A DNA stretch of 64,000 nucleotides from Chloroflexota bacterium (GTDB taxonomy: Bacteria > Chloroflexota > Anaerolineae > Aggregatilineales > Phototrophicaceae), in the NCBI GenBank assembly GCA_011523615.1, contig WTGJ01000027.1, forward strand, positions 452,458-516,457, given 5' to 3'. The notes below the pieces were generated by a model. That model had not been told where the DNA came from. It saw only the letters and a program-made list of their open reading frames with translations, and ran no database searches. Of the stretch, positions 1-9,042 are shown piece after piece; positions within the stretch are counted from its first letter, which is position 1, and every line of letters starts with the position of its first letter. Made by a program: the position numbers and the translations under genes.

Positions 1-439
1 CCAGGGTGATGAAGATGCCCAGATCCGCGGCGACATCGGCAACTTCGCGGATGGCCTCTGCGGCCCGTTCACGATGGCCGGGCATCGCGGCAGGATCCGG
101 GAAATACAACCAGGGCGCATAGGGCAAGCCACCCAGGATGGGGCTGCCCAATTGGGCGGCGGTCGCCAAACAACGCTTCAGGTATTCTACGCCGGCTTTG
201 CGCAACGTTGCATCCGGGCTGGTGATGTCTTTGTCTTCGGGTAGGCCCATGCTGCAATACACCTGCAGGTCAAACCGTTCCAATTCAGCTCGATAGGAGG
301 CGATGTCGATATCCGGTCCGGTAACCAAGGAGATCTCCACCGCGTCAAAGCCCGTCGCCCTCGCCCGGGAGAAATATGCGACCTGGTCGCCAGACCAATT
401 TTCAATCCAGTAAAATATCTCTATGCCCAAAGTGCGCAT
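1..439 (-). CDS. sugar phosphate isomerase/epimerase, xylose-isomerase-like TIM barrel; N-terminal part only, gene runs off the window start
   Basis: Absent from the ORF track because there is no stop in the window. My reverse-strand translation from ATG at 439..437 gives MRTLGIEIFYWIENWSGDQVAYFSRARATGFDAVEISLVTG...AAQLGSPILGG..., which resembles the N-termini of ketose 3-epimerase / AP-endonuclease-2 TIM-barrel proteins. Confidence 0.55.
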   Translation of the reverse strand, partial: MRTLGIEIFYWIENWSGDQVAYFSRARATGFDAVEISLVTGPDIDIASYRAELERFDLQVYCSMGLPEDKDITSPDATLRKAGVEYLKRCLATAAQLGSPILGGLPYAPWLYFPDPAAMPGHRERAAEAIREVADVAADLGIFITL

Positions 440-508
440 CGCGTTTTTTACCTTTCACAAGGTATCGAGAGAAGGTATCAAAATTCAGCGGATGGTACAA
501 CGGTACGA

Positions 509-2188
509 ATGAAGCAGCGCAATCATCAAGTGGTTCGCAGATGGCTGCGGAAGTTATTGAGTTTCGCCGTGATCGCGTTTTGCTCTTTCCTTTTACTTTC
601 ATCCGCATTCAGCCAGGCTGTGAACAGCCAAACTTCTGTTTCTGCAGAGGCTTTGGGGCAGGCCAACCTCAGGGCACAAGATTTCATCGAATCGCCGAAA
701 GTCGGCGAAATCCACGAAGGACAACGATATCCAGTGATCGGGCGGAGTCGGCGGTTCCCCTGGCTATTGCTGGGAGATGTCGAGTCTGGCGCTCCGATCG
801 GGTGGGTTTATCAAGAATTGGTTCGTATTTTTGGCGATATCCAAACCCTACCTTTTTCGGAGTTGAATCTGGCCGACTCAGCGCCGGCCATTCAAGAAAC
901 ACCGACCGTGCCGAGCCCAAACAGAGCAATCGTGATGGGTACCGTTCAGGGCGAAATCAATTTGCGCGCAGGCCCTGGCATCACCTATCCGCGTTTGGCG
1001 GTGGCAAGGATCGGTGAACGCTTTGAAGTATTGGCCACCCATGCCCAGTTACCCTGGCTGAAAATACGCGTGCCGCGTGTGAGTGGGGGGATTGCCTGGG
1101 TCTCGGAAGGATTGCTGGCGATTGAAGGCGAGCTGGCTCGCTTGCCACAGGAAACGCAGTTGCGTTATGCAACGCCAGAATTGACGCCAACCCCGCCGGT
1201 CGTTCGCTACGCAGCGGAAACGACCAACCCATCCAGCGAATGGCTGCGCCTGGGTGAAACGATTTGGCAACGATTTCTGACGGCCGGTTTCGACTTCCCA
1301 ACGGAGCCGGTCGGCGCCTTACACTTGTACGATTTGGCAGGGCACAGCGTCATCCAATTCGGCGAAGCGATCGCGTTCAGTGGTACCAGCTTGACCAAGG
1401 TGGCCATCTTGATCGAACTGTATCGCCAGCTCGATCGTCCTCCGAATCCAGAGATGGCCACTTTGATTTTGAATGCCATCATCTGCAGCGACAATCGCGC
1501 CACCAATGAATTGCTGCGCATCATCGGCGGCGGAAATGCGCAGGACGGTGCGTTACGAGTGACGGAAACTTTACAACAACTGGGTATGCAGAAGAGTTTC
1601 ATCAGCGCACCATACGCCATTCTCGGGGTGGAAACGCTCCATGAGGCGCGATCGTTGCAGACGGCAGCCGACCAATTGCGCAATCAACCCGATCCCTTCA
1701 ATCAGGCCACGGTGGATGATTTGGGAGGTTTAATGCGGGGAATCTATTTCTGTGCGAAAGAGGATAGCGGGCTCCTGCGCGAAACTTTCCCGCGGGGAAT
1801 CTCTCAAAATGAATGTCGAAGCATGTTGCACATCATGGCGGCGAACGAGGTGGATGGCTTGCTGAAGAGCGGTGTTCCACAAGAAGTCACCGTGGCGCAC
1901 AAACATGGCTGGATCGTCGATACACATGGCAACGCGGCTGTCTTTTTCACTCCGGGTGGCGATTACATCCTGGTCATGTACTTGTACAAACCCCTACGGC
2001 TGGATTTCATCGCGGAATCCTTGCCGCTCTTTGCTGAGGTTTCGCGTTTGGTCTACCATCATTTCAACCCAAAGGAAGCGATGCCAGAAGTTCGGCCCAA
2101 TTACATTCCCCCTTTGTCAGAATGCAACTTCGTCAATTCATCACTGCTGGTCGATCTGCAATTGGGAGACTTACCATTTCCGCCGTAA
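509..2188 (+). CDS. secreted serine hydrolase, class A beta-lactamase-like domain preceded by SH3b-like repeats
   Basis: N-terminal signal-like segment (LLSFAVIAFCSFLLLSSAFS). Two repeats resemble bacterial SH3 (GQRYPVIGR..PWLLL; GERFEVLATH..LPWLKI). The C-terminal domain has S-x-x-K (SGTSLTK), SDN (CSDNRATN) and a KTG-like KHGW triad. Confidence 0.7.
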   Translation: MKQRNHQVVRRWLRKLLSFAVIAFCSFLLLSSAFSQAVNSQTSVSAEALGQANLRAQDFIESPKVGEIHEGQRYPVIGRSRRFPWLLLGDVESGAPIGWVYQELVRIFGDIQTLPFSELNLADSAPAIQETPTVPSPNRAIVMGTVQGEINLRAGPGITYPRLAVARIGERFEVLATHAQLPWLKIRVPRVSGGIAWVSEGLLAIEGELARLPQETQLRYATPELTPTPPVVRYAAETTNPSSEWLRLGETIWQRFLTAGFDFPTEPVGALHLYDLAGHSVIQFGEAIAFSGTSLTKVAILIELYRQLDRPPNPEMATLILNAIICSDNRATNELLRIIGGGNAQDGALRVTETLQQLGMQKSFISAPYAILGVETLHEARSLQTAADQLRNQPDPFNQATVDDLGGLMRGIYFCAKEDSGLLRETFPRGISQNECRSMLHIMAANEVDGLLKSGVPQEVTVAHKHGWIVDTHGNAAVFFTPGGDYILVMYLYKPLRLDFIAESLPLFAEVSRLVYHHFNPKEAMPEVRPNYIPPLSECNFVNSSLLVDLQLGDLPFPP

Positions 2189-2196
2189 AGGCTCGA

Positions 2197-2526
2197 CTAT
2201 TTCGGACAAAGAGAATACAAAAACTCCCAGGTGTAGATCCCGGTATCGTGGCCATCCGACCAGCGCGGTTGTAAGGCGTAGTTGCCCACGGGCAAGATTT
2301 CTACCAAATCATAAGATCGACTGGGCGCCAGCGGGATTTGGAGCAAATCAACGTCCAAATGTGACGAACCCATTTTGTCGTGCCCACCCCGGCATTGCAC
2401 ACAGGGGCAAACTTCTCGCAAAGGAGCCAGCGGATATTGACAGGAAGAGCCATCCTGCCAATCAATTTGCAGCCAACCTTCTCCTCGATTCAGTTGGATG
2501 GATTTGGGGTAAGGAAAAACGGCCAT
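2197..2526 (-). CDS. DUF971 (gamma-butyrobetaine hydroxylase N-terminal-like) family protein
   Basis: 109 aa with the WxDGH..IYTWEFL C-terminal pattern and a CPCVQCRGGH Cys/His cluster typical of DUF971. Confidence 0.7.
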   Translation of the reverse strand: MAVFPYPKSIQLNRGEGWLQIDWQDGSSCQYPLAPLREVCPCVQCRGGHDKMGSSHLDVDLLQIPLAPSRSYDLVEILPVGNYALQPRWSDGHDTGIYTWEFLYSLCPK

Positions 2527-2584
2527 CTTGCATCCATAATTATAGGGGTATCATAAACCAAATCCAGGAATGAGGTGAAGCACC

Positions 2585-4321
2585 ATGGCTACCCATTGGA
2601 AACGAGCGGCGAGCCTTTCAGAGTTGACCCAACGGAATTGCCTCACCACGCACGTGGGCAAACACATCCTGGCGCTGTTTTATTATCAAGACGAGGTATT
2701 TGCCATCGACAATCGCTGCCCGCATATGGGCTTTCCACTGGATGATGGGACGCTTCAAGATGGCATTTTGACCTGCCACTGGCACCATGCTCGTTTTGAT
2801 CTGGCCAGCGGCGGAACTTTTGACCCCTGGGCAGATGATGTGCGCGTCTTCCCGACTGAACTGCGCGGCGATGAGGTCTGGGTGGATGTCGCTCCGCAGA
2901 CCGATCCGATGCTGCAGCATAGTCAGCGCCTGCGGGAAGGTTTGCAGCGCAACATCTCATTGGTGATCGCAAAGTCGGCGATCGCGATGCACCAGCATGG
3001 GGTGGATTTGCGCGAACCATTCCATGAAGGCGTGAATTATGGCGTACGTTTTCAACGCAACGGTTGGGGGCAAGGGCTGACCATACTCACCTGTATGATG
3101 AATCTCATGCCCTGGATCGAAGAAACACAGCGCGCGCAGGCTCTCTTTCATGGCTTGTCCGCCGTGGCTTCCGATAACGACATGGCTTCCCCTCGTCATT
3201 TGTTGCCCTCCTTGCCTTCTTTCCGGGGCAATATGGAGCAGCTCACCCGCTGGTTCCGCCAATTCATAGAAGTTCGGGATGCAGAAGGAGCAGAACGAGC
3301 CATCATCACCGCATATCAGGGCGGCGCAAGCCGTGCTGAGTTGGCGGAGATGCTGTTTGCGGCGGCCACCGATCATCGCTACATCAATGGCGGTCATACC
3401 CTGGATTTCATCAATAAAGCCCTGGAAGCGCTTGACATCACTGATTGGGAGGATGCGGAGGCGGTGCTCAGCAGTTTGACGCCGATTCTGGCTGATGCGC
3501 AACGGATGGAAGAAAGCAATGCCTGGCGCCACCCCATTGACCTGGTCGCCATCGTCGAGCGATCCTTCGATGAAATCCCCCAAGCACTGGCTGAAGGAAA
3601 GGAAAAGCAACCTGCTGCCCGGGATACCGACGAATTGCAGGATGCGCTCTTCAGCGATGATCCCCAGGCGATCGCGAAGGCTTTGCTCATTGCGTTGAAG
3701 AGGGGTTTTCGGCCGGAGGATTTAGCAGCCGAGGTGGCTTTCGCTGCCGCGAGGAGAATCGCCCATTTTCACACCAGCAACGAGTTTGGGGATTGGGATA
3801 CCGCCTTGCATACCTTCACTTTTGCCAATGCCGTACACCAGGGATTGGTGAGGATTCCATCGCTAACGTTGTTGCGTGGCGTTTGGGATGCCGCCATGAG
3901 CATCTATCTCGATCGATTTTTGAATATCCCGGCAGCCAGGATCCCCTCGGCCAGCTTGAACGGATCTTCATCGGAAGAGCTGCTGCAGCGATTCAGTGGG
4001 TTGTTGGATCATCAACAACAAGTGAATGAAGCGGCGCAATTGACCCTGGATTACACGGCTGATGCCGGGTCGATCCCGCAATTATTGGCGAAGTTGGGCG
4101 AATTGCTCTTGCGTGAAGATCGCGATTTTCACACCATCCAGTGTTTGGAAGCAGCTGCAAGGCAACTCAAGCATTGGCAAGGTACAGAGCGAACGACCCT
4201 CTTGCTGGTCGCCGCTGCTCGCTATCTGGCTGCGCACGCCCCTACCATGCGAGCGCAAAGACAGACCTTCCTCAATGCGCAGCGCCTTTCGCGGGGAGAG
4301 TTGCTTCATTCAGACTCCTAA
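2585..4321 (+). CDS. Rieske [2Fe-2S] domain protein with a ~450-aa C-terminal helical domain of unknown function
   Basis: N-terminal CPHMGFPL...(17)...CHWHHARF is the Rieske CxH / CxxH ligand pattern. I do not recognise the rest. Confidence 0.7.
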   Translation: MATHWKRAASLSELTQRNCLTTHVGKHILALFYYQDEVFAIDNRCPHMGFPLDDGTLQDGILTCHWHHARFDLASGGTFDPWADDVRVFPTELRGDEVWVDVAPQTDPMLQHSQRLREGLQRNISLVIAKSAIAMHQHGVDLREPFHEGVNYGVRFQRNGWGQGLTILTCMMNLMPWIEETQRAQALFHGLSAVASDNDMASPRHLLPSLPSFRGNMEQLTRWFRQFIEVRDAEGAERAIITAYQGGASRAELAEMLFAAATDHRYINGGHTLDFINKALEALDITDWEDAEAVLSSLTPILADAQRMEESNAWRHPIDLVAIVERSFDEIPQALAEGKEKQPAARDTDELQDALFSDDPQAIAKALLIALKRGFRPEDLAAEVAFAAARRIAHFHTSNEFGDWDTALHTFTFANAVHQGLVRIPSLTLLRGVWDAAMSIYLDRFLNIPAARIPSASLNGSSSEELLQRFSGLLDHQQQVNEAAQLTLDYTADAGSIPQLLAKLGELLLREDRDFHTIQCLEAAARQLKHWQGTERTTLLLVAAARYLAAHAPTMRAQRQTFLNAQRLSRGELLHSDS

Positions 4322-4381
4322 GTTTCAATTGTGTCGCGTATCTTCTGAACGGAAGCAATCGAAAGTGGATGGGATTTCATC

Positions 4382-5083
4382 TTGAAGGTCGTTCGGAAAA
4401 TATTCGCCATATGCATCGCTTTGTTCTTTTTGGTTGCCTGTTCTGGTGAATCCGAGCCAGAGCAAGTGTACATTATCGTCACGGCGACGCCCGCCCCCAA
4501 TGAGTTGGTCGTGCGGATGACTTTCACCCCGGTACCCGCCGCCATCGAACAACCGACAGTACAGGCAGCTCCCACGCGCGCAGCCACCGTCGGGCCCATT
4601 CCTTCGCCAACGCCAGCCACGGAAGGCTTGCCAGCGCCGATAGCCAATGAGGTCTTCATCGCCGAGCAAGAGTTTGAACGTGCGCGTTTTTTCTGGCTGG
4701 AACCAGCAGAACGTACGCAGAGCATCTGGGTGTTGTTTCATGAAGATCAAACGGCAGCCAAAGGGAAATGGAACATCTTCGAGGATACGTTTGAAGAAGG
4801 GGAAATGAGCCGTGATCCCAACATCGTGCCACCCGAGGGTTTCCAGCAACCGATCCGTGGCTTTGGCAAACTCTGGCGGAACGACCCTGCTTTGCGGGAG
4901 GAAGTGGGCTGGGCGCTGCAACGCGAATTTGGCTATGTCGCTGAGTATCGTTATGAATTCGGCGGTGAAATGGTAGCCGGTGAATACATCGCAGGGCCGG
5001 GCATCCACTACCTCACCACTCGGGAGAACGAAACTTACCGATTGGATGAATCCAATTTCACCTGGTCGCTCATGAATCGCTGA
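4382..5083 (+). CDS. hypothetical lipoprotein
   Basis: TTG start. The N-terminus MKVVRKIFAICIALFFLVAC has a basic n-region, a hydrophobic core and an L-V-A-C lipobox, followed by a Pro/Thr/Ala-rich linker. Confidence 0.55.
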   Translation: MKVVRKIFAICIALFFLVACSGESEPEQVYIIVTATPAPNELVVRMTFTPVPAAIEQPTVQAAPTRAATVGPIPSPTPATEGLPAPIANEVFIAEQEFERARFFWLEPAERTQSIWVLFHEDQTAAKGKWNIFEDTFEEGEMSRDPNIVPPEGFQQPIRGFGKLWRNDPALREEVGWALQREFGYVAEYRYEFGGEMVAGEYIAGPGIHYLTTRENETYRLDESNFTWSLMNR

Positions 5084-5199
5084 CGTAATACAGGGTGCCA
5101 TAACCCGCTCTCTTCGATCCGTGTATAAACCGACGTCTAGGAGCGTGATGGCTGTCCTGCTAGGATGGTCGAGTCTGCGAACTTGACTTCAGGGAGTCC

Positions 5200-6906
5200 A
5201 TGGTGAAACGATTGGCCAGTGAACTCGCCCAGGAAATCAGAAATTCGCTGTCTACCCTGGTCCAACGGGGCAAGTTTCCCAATGTCACCTTTCCCGATTT
5301 TGACCTGCGCCCCCCCCGTCATGCTGAATATGGTGACTTCGCAAGCAACGTTGCCCTGCAACTGGCACGGGGATTGCGGCGCAATCCTCTGGAGATCGCC
5401 GAAGCCATCTCCCATGAGCTGAATCAAAGGGTTTCCTGGGCTCAGGCCAGCGCCACTGCACCTGGTTTTCTCAACTTCACGGTACAAGACGATTTCATCC
5501 GCGATCAGCTGAGGGAAATGCTGAACCGCAAAGAAGAATACTTCCGCTTGGACTTGGGCCAGGGCAAGCGGGCCCAGGTGGAGTTTGTATCCGCCAATCC
5601 GACCGGGCCATTGACCATCGGCAGAACGCGGGGTGCGGTGATCGGCGATACGATGGCGCGCGTCTTTTCACTGGCCGGATATACCGTCGAGCGTGAATAT
5701 TATTTCAACAACGCTGGGAAACAAATGGAGAATCTAGGCAACAGCCTCCTCCTGCGTTATCAGGAAGCCTTGGGTGACTCCGTTTCCATACCAGAGGACC
5801 AGGAGTGGTTTTATCACGGTGAGTATTTGATGGACTTCGCCAAACAATTGGTGGAAGAACATGGTAGGAAATGGGCAGCGGAAAACACACATGCTTTCGC
5901 TAGGCTGGCGGAAGAGCAGATGTTTGAATGGATTCGCAACTCTTTGGCGAGCATACAAATCTCCCATGACGTTTATTTCAATGAGCGATCACTATACGAT
6001 AACGAAGCAATTTGGGAGACGCTCACCGAAATGGAAGCTGCTGGTCATACGTATCGGGCCGCCCAGCGGGGGGGAGAGCAGCCGTCTGATCCGGCGCAAT
6101 TGCCGGCTACCTGGTTGCGCAGCTCTCAACTGGAAACCAATGTTGAAGATCAGATCCTGGTCCGCAGCAATGGTGAGCCGACGTATACCTTGACTGACAT
6201 CGCCTATCATCGCGATAAATTTGCCCGTGGTTTTGACATCCTGGTTAATGTGTTGGGTGTCGATCATCAATCCGAAGCCCGCGTGGTGAAGTCGGGCCTC
6301 CGTGCTTTGGGGATCTGCCCCGATCGCTTGCACGTTTTGTTCAACCAAATGGTCCGCGCCGTGGTGGACGGCGTTGAAATGAAGATGAGCACGCGTAAAG
6401 GGGTGTTCGACACCCTGGATGATCTGGTTGAAAGAACGAGTGCCGATGCGATTCGGTACCACATGTTGGCGCGCAGCCACCATTCTCATTTGGATTTCGA
6501 TGTGGAACGAGTGGTTCAACAGAGCAACGAAAATCCCGTGTATTACATCCAGAATGCACACGTTCGCTGTGCCGGAATCCACCGTGAAGCCGCCCAAAGA
6601 GGATTGCATATTGAAGGAGCAGATCTTTCCTTGCTGGGAAAGACTGAATTGGATTTTCTCCGTAGGGCGTTGGCATTGGGCGATCAGATTGAACAGGTAT
6701 TGGAGCGAATGATCCCGCATCGCGTCGCGTTTTTTGCTTTGGAGTTGGCAACGGCTTTTCATCCCGTATATGAAGAGGTGCGGGTATTGAATGAATCAAT
6801 CGACGAGGAGACAGCCAGAGCTCGCTTGGCGTTTTACCTGGGGGTGCAGCAAATCTTCAAAGCGTTGCTGGGTTTGATGGGCATGTCTGCACCGGAAAGG
6901 ATGTGA
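5200..6906 (+). CDS. argS: arginine--tRNA ligase
   Basis: 568 aa. N-terminal additional-domain pattern (..[17 protein letters not shown]..), [12 protein letters not shown] core, MKMSTRKG (KMSKS-equivalent), and C-terminal anticodon-binding domain ending in M. Confidence 0.9.
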   Translation: MVKRLASELAQEIRNSLSTLVQRGKFPNVTFPDFDLRPPRHAEYGDFASNVALQLARGLRRNPLEIAEAISHELNQRVSWAQASATAPGFLNFTVQDDFIRDQLREMLNRKEEYFRLDLGQGKRAQVEFVSANPTGPLTIGRTRGAVIGDTMARVFSLAGYTVEREYYFNNAGKQMENLGNSLLLRYQEALGDSVSIPEDQEWFYHGEYLMDFAKQLVEEHGRKWAAENTHAFARLAEEQMFEWIRNSLASIQISHDVYFNERSLYDNEAIWETLTEMEAAGHTYRAAQRGGEQPSDPAQLPATWLRSSQLETNVEDQILVRSNGEPTYTLTDIAYHRDKFARGFDILVNVLGVDHQSEARVVKSGLRALGICPDRLHVLFNQMVRAVVDGVEMKMSTRKGVFDTLDDLVERTSADAIRYHMLARSHHSHLDFDVERVVQQSNENPVYYIQNAHVRCAGIHREAAQRGLHIEGADLSLLGKTELDFLRRALALGDQIEQVLERMIPHRVAFFALELATAFHPVYEEVRVLNESIDEETARARLAFYLGVQQIFKALLGLMGMSAPERM

Positions 6907-6907
6907 T

Positions 6908-7462
6908 ATGGGCTTGAAGTCGGACCGCTGGATCCGTGAAATGGCCAGGACCAAGCAAATGATTAAACCATTTGAAGCGGAGCAAGTGCGAGAAGGGGTC
7001 ATCAGCTACGGTTTATCTTCCTATGGTTATGATATGCGCGTGGGCAACCAGTTCAAAGTGTTCACCAACGTATATTCCGCCTTGGTGGATCCCAAAAATT
7101 TTTCTCCCCGTTCTTTCGTGGATATCGAGGCAGACGTCTGCGTGATCCCACCGAACTCATTTGCTTTGGCGGAATCGGTTGAATATTTTCGCATTCCACG
7201 AAATGTGCTCACGGTCACTGTGGGAAAAAGCACGTATGCCCGAGCGGGGATCATCACCAACGTCACTCCTTTTGAACCGGGTTGGGAGGGTTATGTCACG
7301 TTGGAAATCAGCAACACCACCCCATTGCCGGCAAAAATCTACGCCAATGAAGGAATTGCCCAGGTGATTTTTTTTGAAGCGGATGAGGAGTGCGAAGTCT
7401 CTTACGATGATCGACAAGGAAAATACCAGAGTCAAAAAGGGATCACGCCGCCACGAATCTGA
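6908..7462 (+). CDS. dcd: dCTP deaminase
   Basis: 184 aa. [13 protein letters not shown]...[23 protein letters not shown]...VDPKNF matches the short bacterial Dcd family. The start lies 1 nt after the argS stop. Confidence 0.9.
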   Translation: MGLKSDRWIREMARTKQMIKPFEAEQVREGVISYGLSSYGYDMRVGNQFKVFTNVYSALVDPKNFSPRSFVDIEADVCVIPPNSFALAESVEYFRIPRNVLTVTVGKSTYARAGIITNVTPFEPGWEGYVTLEISNTTPLPAKIYANEGIAQVIFFEADEECEVSYDDRQGKYQSQKGITPPRI

Positions 7463-7469
7463 TCCCTTG

Positions 7470-7475
7470 TATAAT
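7470..7475 (+). promoter_or_regulatory. possible -10 box (TATAAT) for tRNA-Val
   Basis: Perfect TATAAT preceded by TG, 25 nt upstream of the tRNA 5' end. No convincing -35; that region lies inside the dcd 3' end. Confidence 0.3.
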
Positions 7476-7500
7476 CGGCAGACCTTCGCTGTTTGGGCAC

Positions 7501-7574
7501 GGGCGATTAGCTCAGTCGGTCAGAGCGCGCCCCTTACAAGGGTGAGGTCATTGGTTCGAGTCCAATATCGCCCA
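7501..7574 (+). tRNA. tRNA-Val (anticodon UAC)
   Basis: Hand-folded cloverleaf. Acceptor GGGCGAT/ATCGCCC, D stem GCTC/GAGC, anticodon stem CGCCC/GGGTG, loop CTTACAA, T arm ATTGG-TTCGAGT-CCAAT, discriminator A. CCA is not encoded. Confidence 0.9.
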
Positions 7575-7605
7575 CTTCGGCTGGTTGACCGGCAGATTTG
7601 ATTGC

Positions 7606-7633
7606 TTGCGTGAAATAAGAATACCCTTACAAT
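7606..7633 (+). promoter_or_regulatory. putative sigma70-type promoter for the response-regulator operon
   Basis: TTGCGT (7606-7611), 16-nt spacer, TACAAT (7628-7633), about 30 nt upstream of the regulator start. Confidence 0.4.
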
Positions 7634-7662
7634 AACGTTGGAATGGGGTTGGATCGCAAGCA

Positions 7663-8361
7663 TTGATGAATCCTGTGGCGCAACGAACGCACATACTCGT
7701 CGTAGAAGATGATTGGGATACCGCGGAGGTGGTTGCCAGCTTGTTGGAGAATTCCGGTTATGCGGTGACGACCAGCAGCAATGGTTCGGATGCGATGAAA
7801 GAGATTCACAAAGGCGACACAGATCTGGTGCTATTGGATATCGATCTGCCGGATCAAAACGGCATCGATTTGTTGGAAGAAGCTCGGCGCAATACTCATT
7901 TGCCGATGATCATGCTGAGCGGTTATGGCAAGGAGATGGATCGGGTGCGATCGCTCGAATCAGGCGCCGATGATTACATCACCAAACCCTTCATCGCCGA
8001 TGAGTTGTTGGCCCGCATCCGCGCCCTGCTCCGGCGGGTGAATTGGGCGCCTCTTTCCAGTACCAAGTTGCAAGTGCGTGATCTCGTTTTGGATTTACCG
8101 CGGCGGCAAGTGAGCATTCAGGGTCATGATTTGTTGTTGACACCCATTGAATACGGCATTTTGGTCATCTTGATGAAGAATGCCGGCAAAGTCGTCAGTC
8201 ATCGCGACTTGATGAATTCCGTATGGGGGGACGATTTCAGCGAAGATTTCTCTGTATTGCGGGTCAATATCTCGCGCTTGCGTTCGAAACTTGAAGTGGA
8301 TCCACGCCAACCCAACTACATTCGCACTGTGGCGGGTAAGGGTTATACGATCCCCATCTGA
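7663..8361 (+). CDS. OmpR/PhoB-family response regulator (receiver plus winged-helix)
   Basis: Receiver motifs ILVVEDD, LVLLDIDLPDQNG, ITKPF. The C-terminal winged-helix pattern is LTPIEYGILVILM...VLRVNISRLRSKLE...IRTVAGKGY. The true start is probably ATG at 7666. Confidence 0.9.
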   Translation: MMNPVAQRTHILVVEDDWDTAEVVASLLENSGYAVTTSSNGSDAMKEIHKGDTDLVLLDIDLPDQNGIDLLEEARRNTHLPMIMLSGYGKEMDRVRSLESGADDYITKPFIADELLARIRALLRRVNWAPLSSTKLQVRDLVLDLPRRQVSIQGHDLLLTPIEYGILVILMKNAGKVVSHRDLMNSVWGDDFSEDFSVLRVNISRLRSKLEVDPRQPNYIRTVAGKGYTIPI

Positions 8362-8376
8362 TGGGTCGGAAAGGCA

Positions 8377-9042
8377 ATGAGAATCCGCGCGATCCTAATC
8401 TTTGGGGGTTCGCTGCTTGTGGTTCTGACCTTTACGTATTCCTATTGGAGCACCGTTTTCACCGCACAACCGTCTACTATGTCTTTCCCCGGGCTCTCTG
8501 AAGCAGAGAACCATGTGTTTCAACTGCTATCGAGCGAGCAAAAAAATGCATTCTTGAACCTGTCAGAGCAAGACCCGCTCATGGCTTTGGAAATGGTGCG
8601 CGCTGCCCTGCAACCCAATACCATCGTCCCGGCTGAACTGCAATCGCTGCCGGAAATGTTGGCCCCAATTGAGTTGGCTTTTGGTGAATTCATCGCCATC
8701 GATGCCGTTCGTTGGGCCAGCGGGAATTTGATATTGTATCAAGAGGTCGACGAAACCAAGTTGCTTCGTTTGGAGAATTTCCGCAGTGCCCCTGCCCCCA
8801 ATTTGCAAGTGTACCTCTCCATTGCCCCGCTCGAAGATGCAGAAGAGCCCACCATGATGGCGGAATGGGATGAATGGTCCTTGCAGGACCCATACATCGA
8901 GCTGGGCCCACTCAAAGGGACCATGGGGAACCAGAATTTTGTCATTGCGCCAGAGGTCGATATTGAGCAATTTTCACTGGTCGTCATCTATAATGCGACC
9001 TATGATTTATTGATCAGTGCCGCGCCTTTGCGCTTTAATTGA
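8377..9042 (+). CDS. membrane-anchored DM13 domain protein
   Basis: N-terminal TM helix. The C-terminal half has GEFIAIDAVRWASGNLILYQ...LLRLENFRSAPAPNLQVYLS and LGPLKGTMGNQNFVIAPEVD...FSLVVIYNATYDLLISAAPL, which match the DM13 signature as I remember it (G.F..id..H..sG.a.iy....L.l.dF.v.nGPdL.VyL ... GnQnY.iP..vd...y..VviwC..f). Confidence 0.6.
   Translation: MRIRAILIFGGSLLVVLTFTYSYWSTVFTAQPSTMSFPGLSEAENHVFQLLSSEQKNAFLNLSEQDPLMALEMVRAALQPNTIVPAELQSLPEMLAPIELAFGEFIAIDAVRWASGNLILYQEVDETKLLRLENFRSAPAPNLQVYLSIAPLEDAEEPTMMAEWDEWSLQDPYIELGPLKGTMGNQNFVIAPEVDIEQFSLVVIYNATYDLLISAAPLRFN

Noticed and set aside
376-1017. 213-aa plus-strand ORF overlapping the start of the beta-lactamase-like gene
   Set aside because: It is out of frame with the 559-aa ORF, which has a signal peptide and catalytic motifs. 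Its 5' end also overlaps the reverse-strand TIM-barrel gene. No motifs.
5084-5199. Possible T-box or other leader upstream of argS
   Set aside because: The region is only 116 nt. I could not find a specifier-loop or antiterminator arrangement, a T-box consensus, or a convincing terminator hairpin. It is too short for a T-box riboswitch.
7501-7574. tRNA-Val (and tRNA-Gly at 45412-45483) as integration sites for a genomic island
   Set aside because: There is no integrase, no direct repeat of the tRNA 3' end that I could find nearby, and no compositional break visible by eye. Flanking genes are ordinary chromosomal genes.
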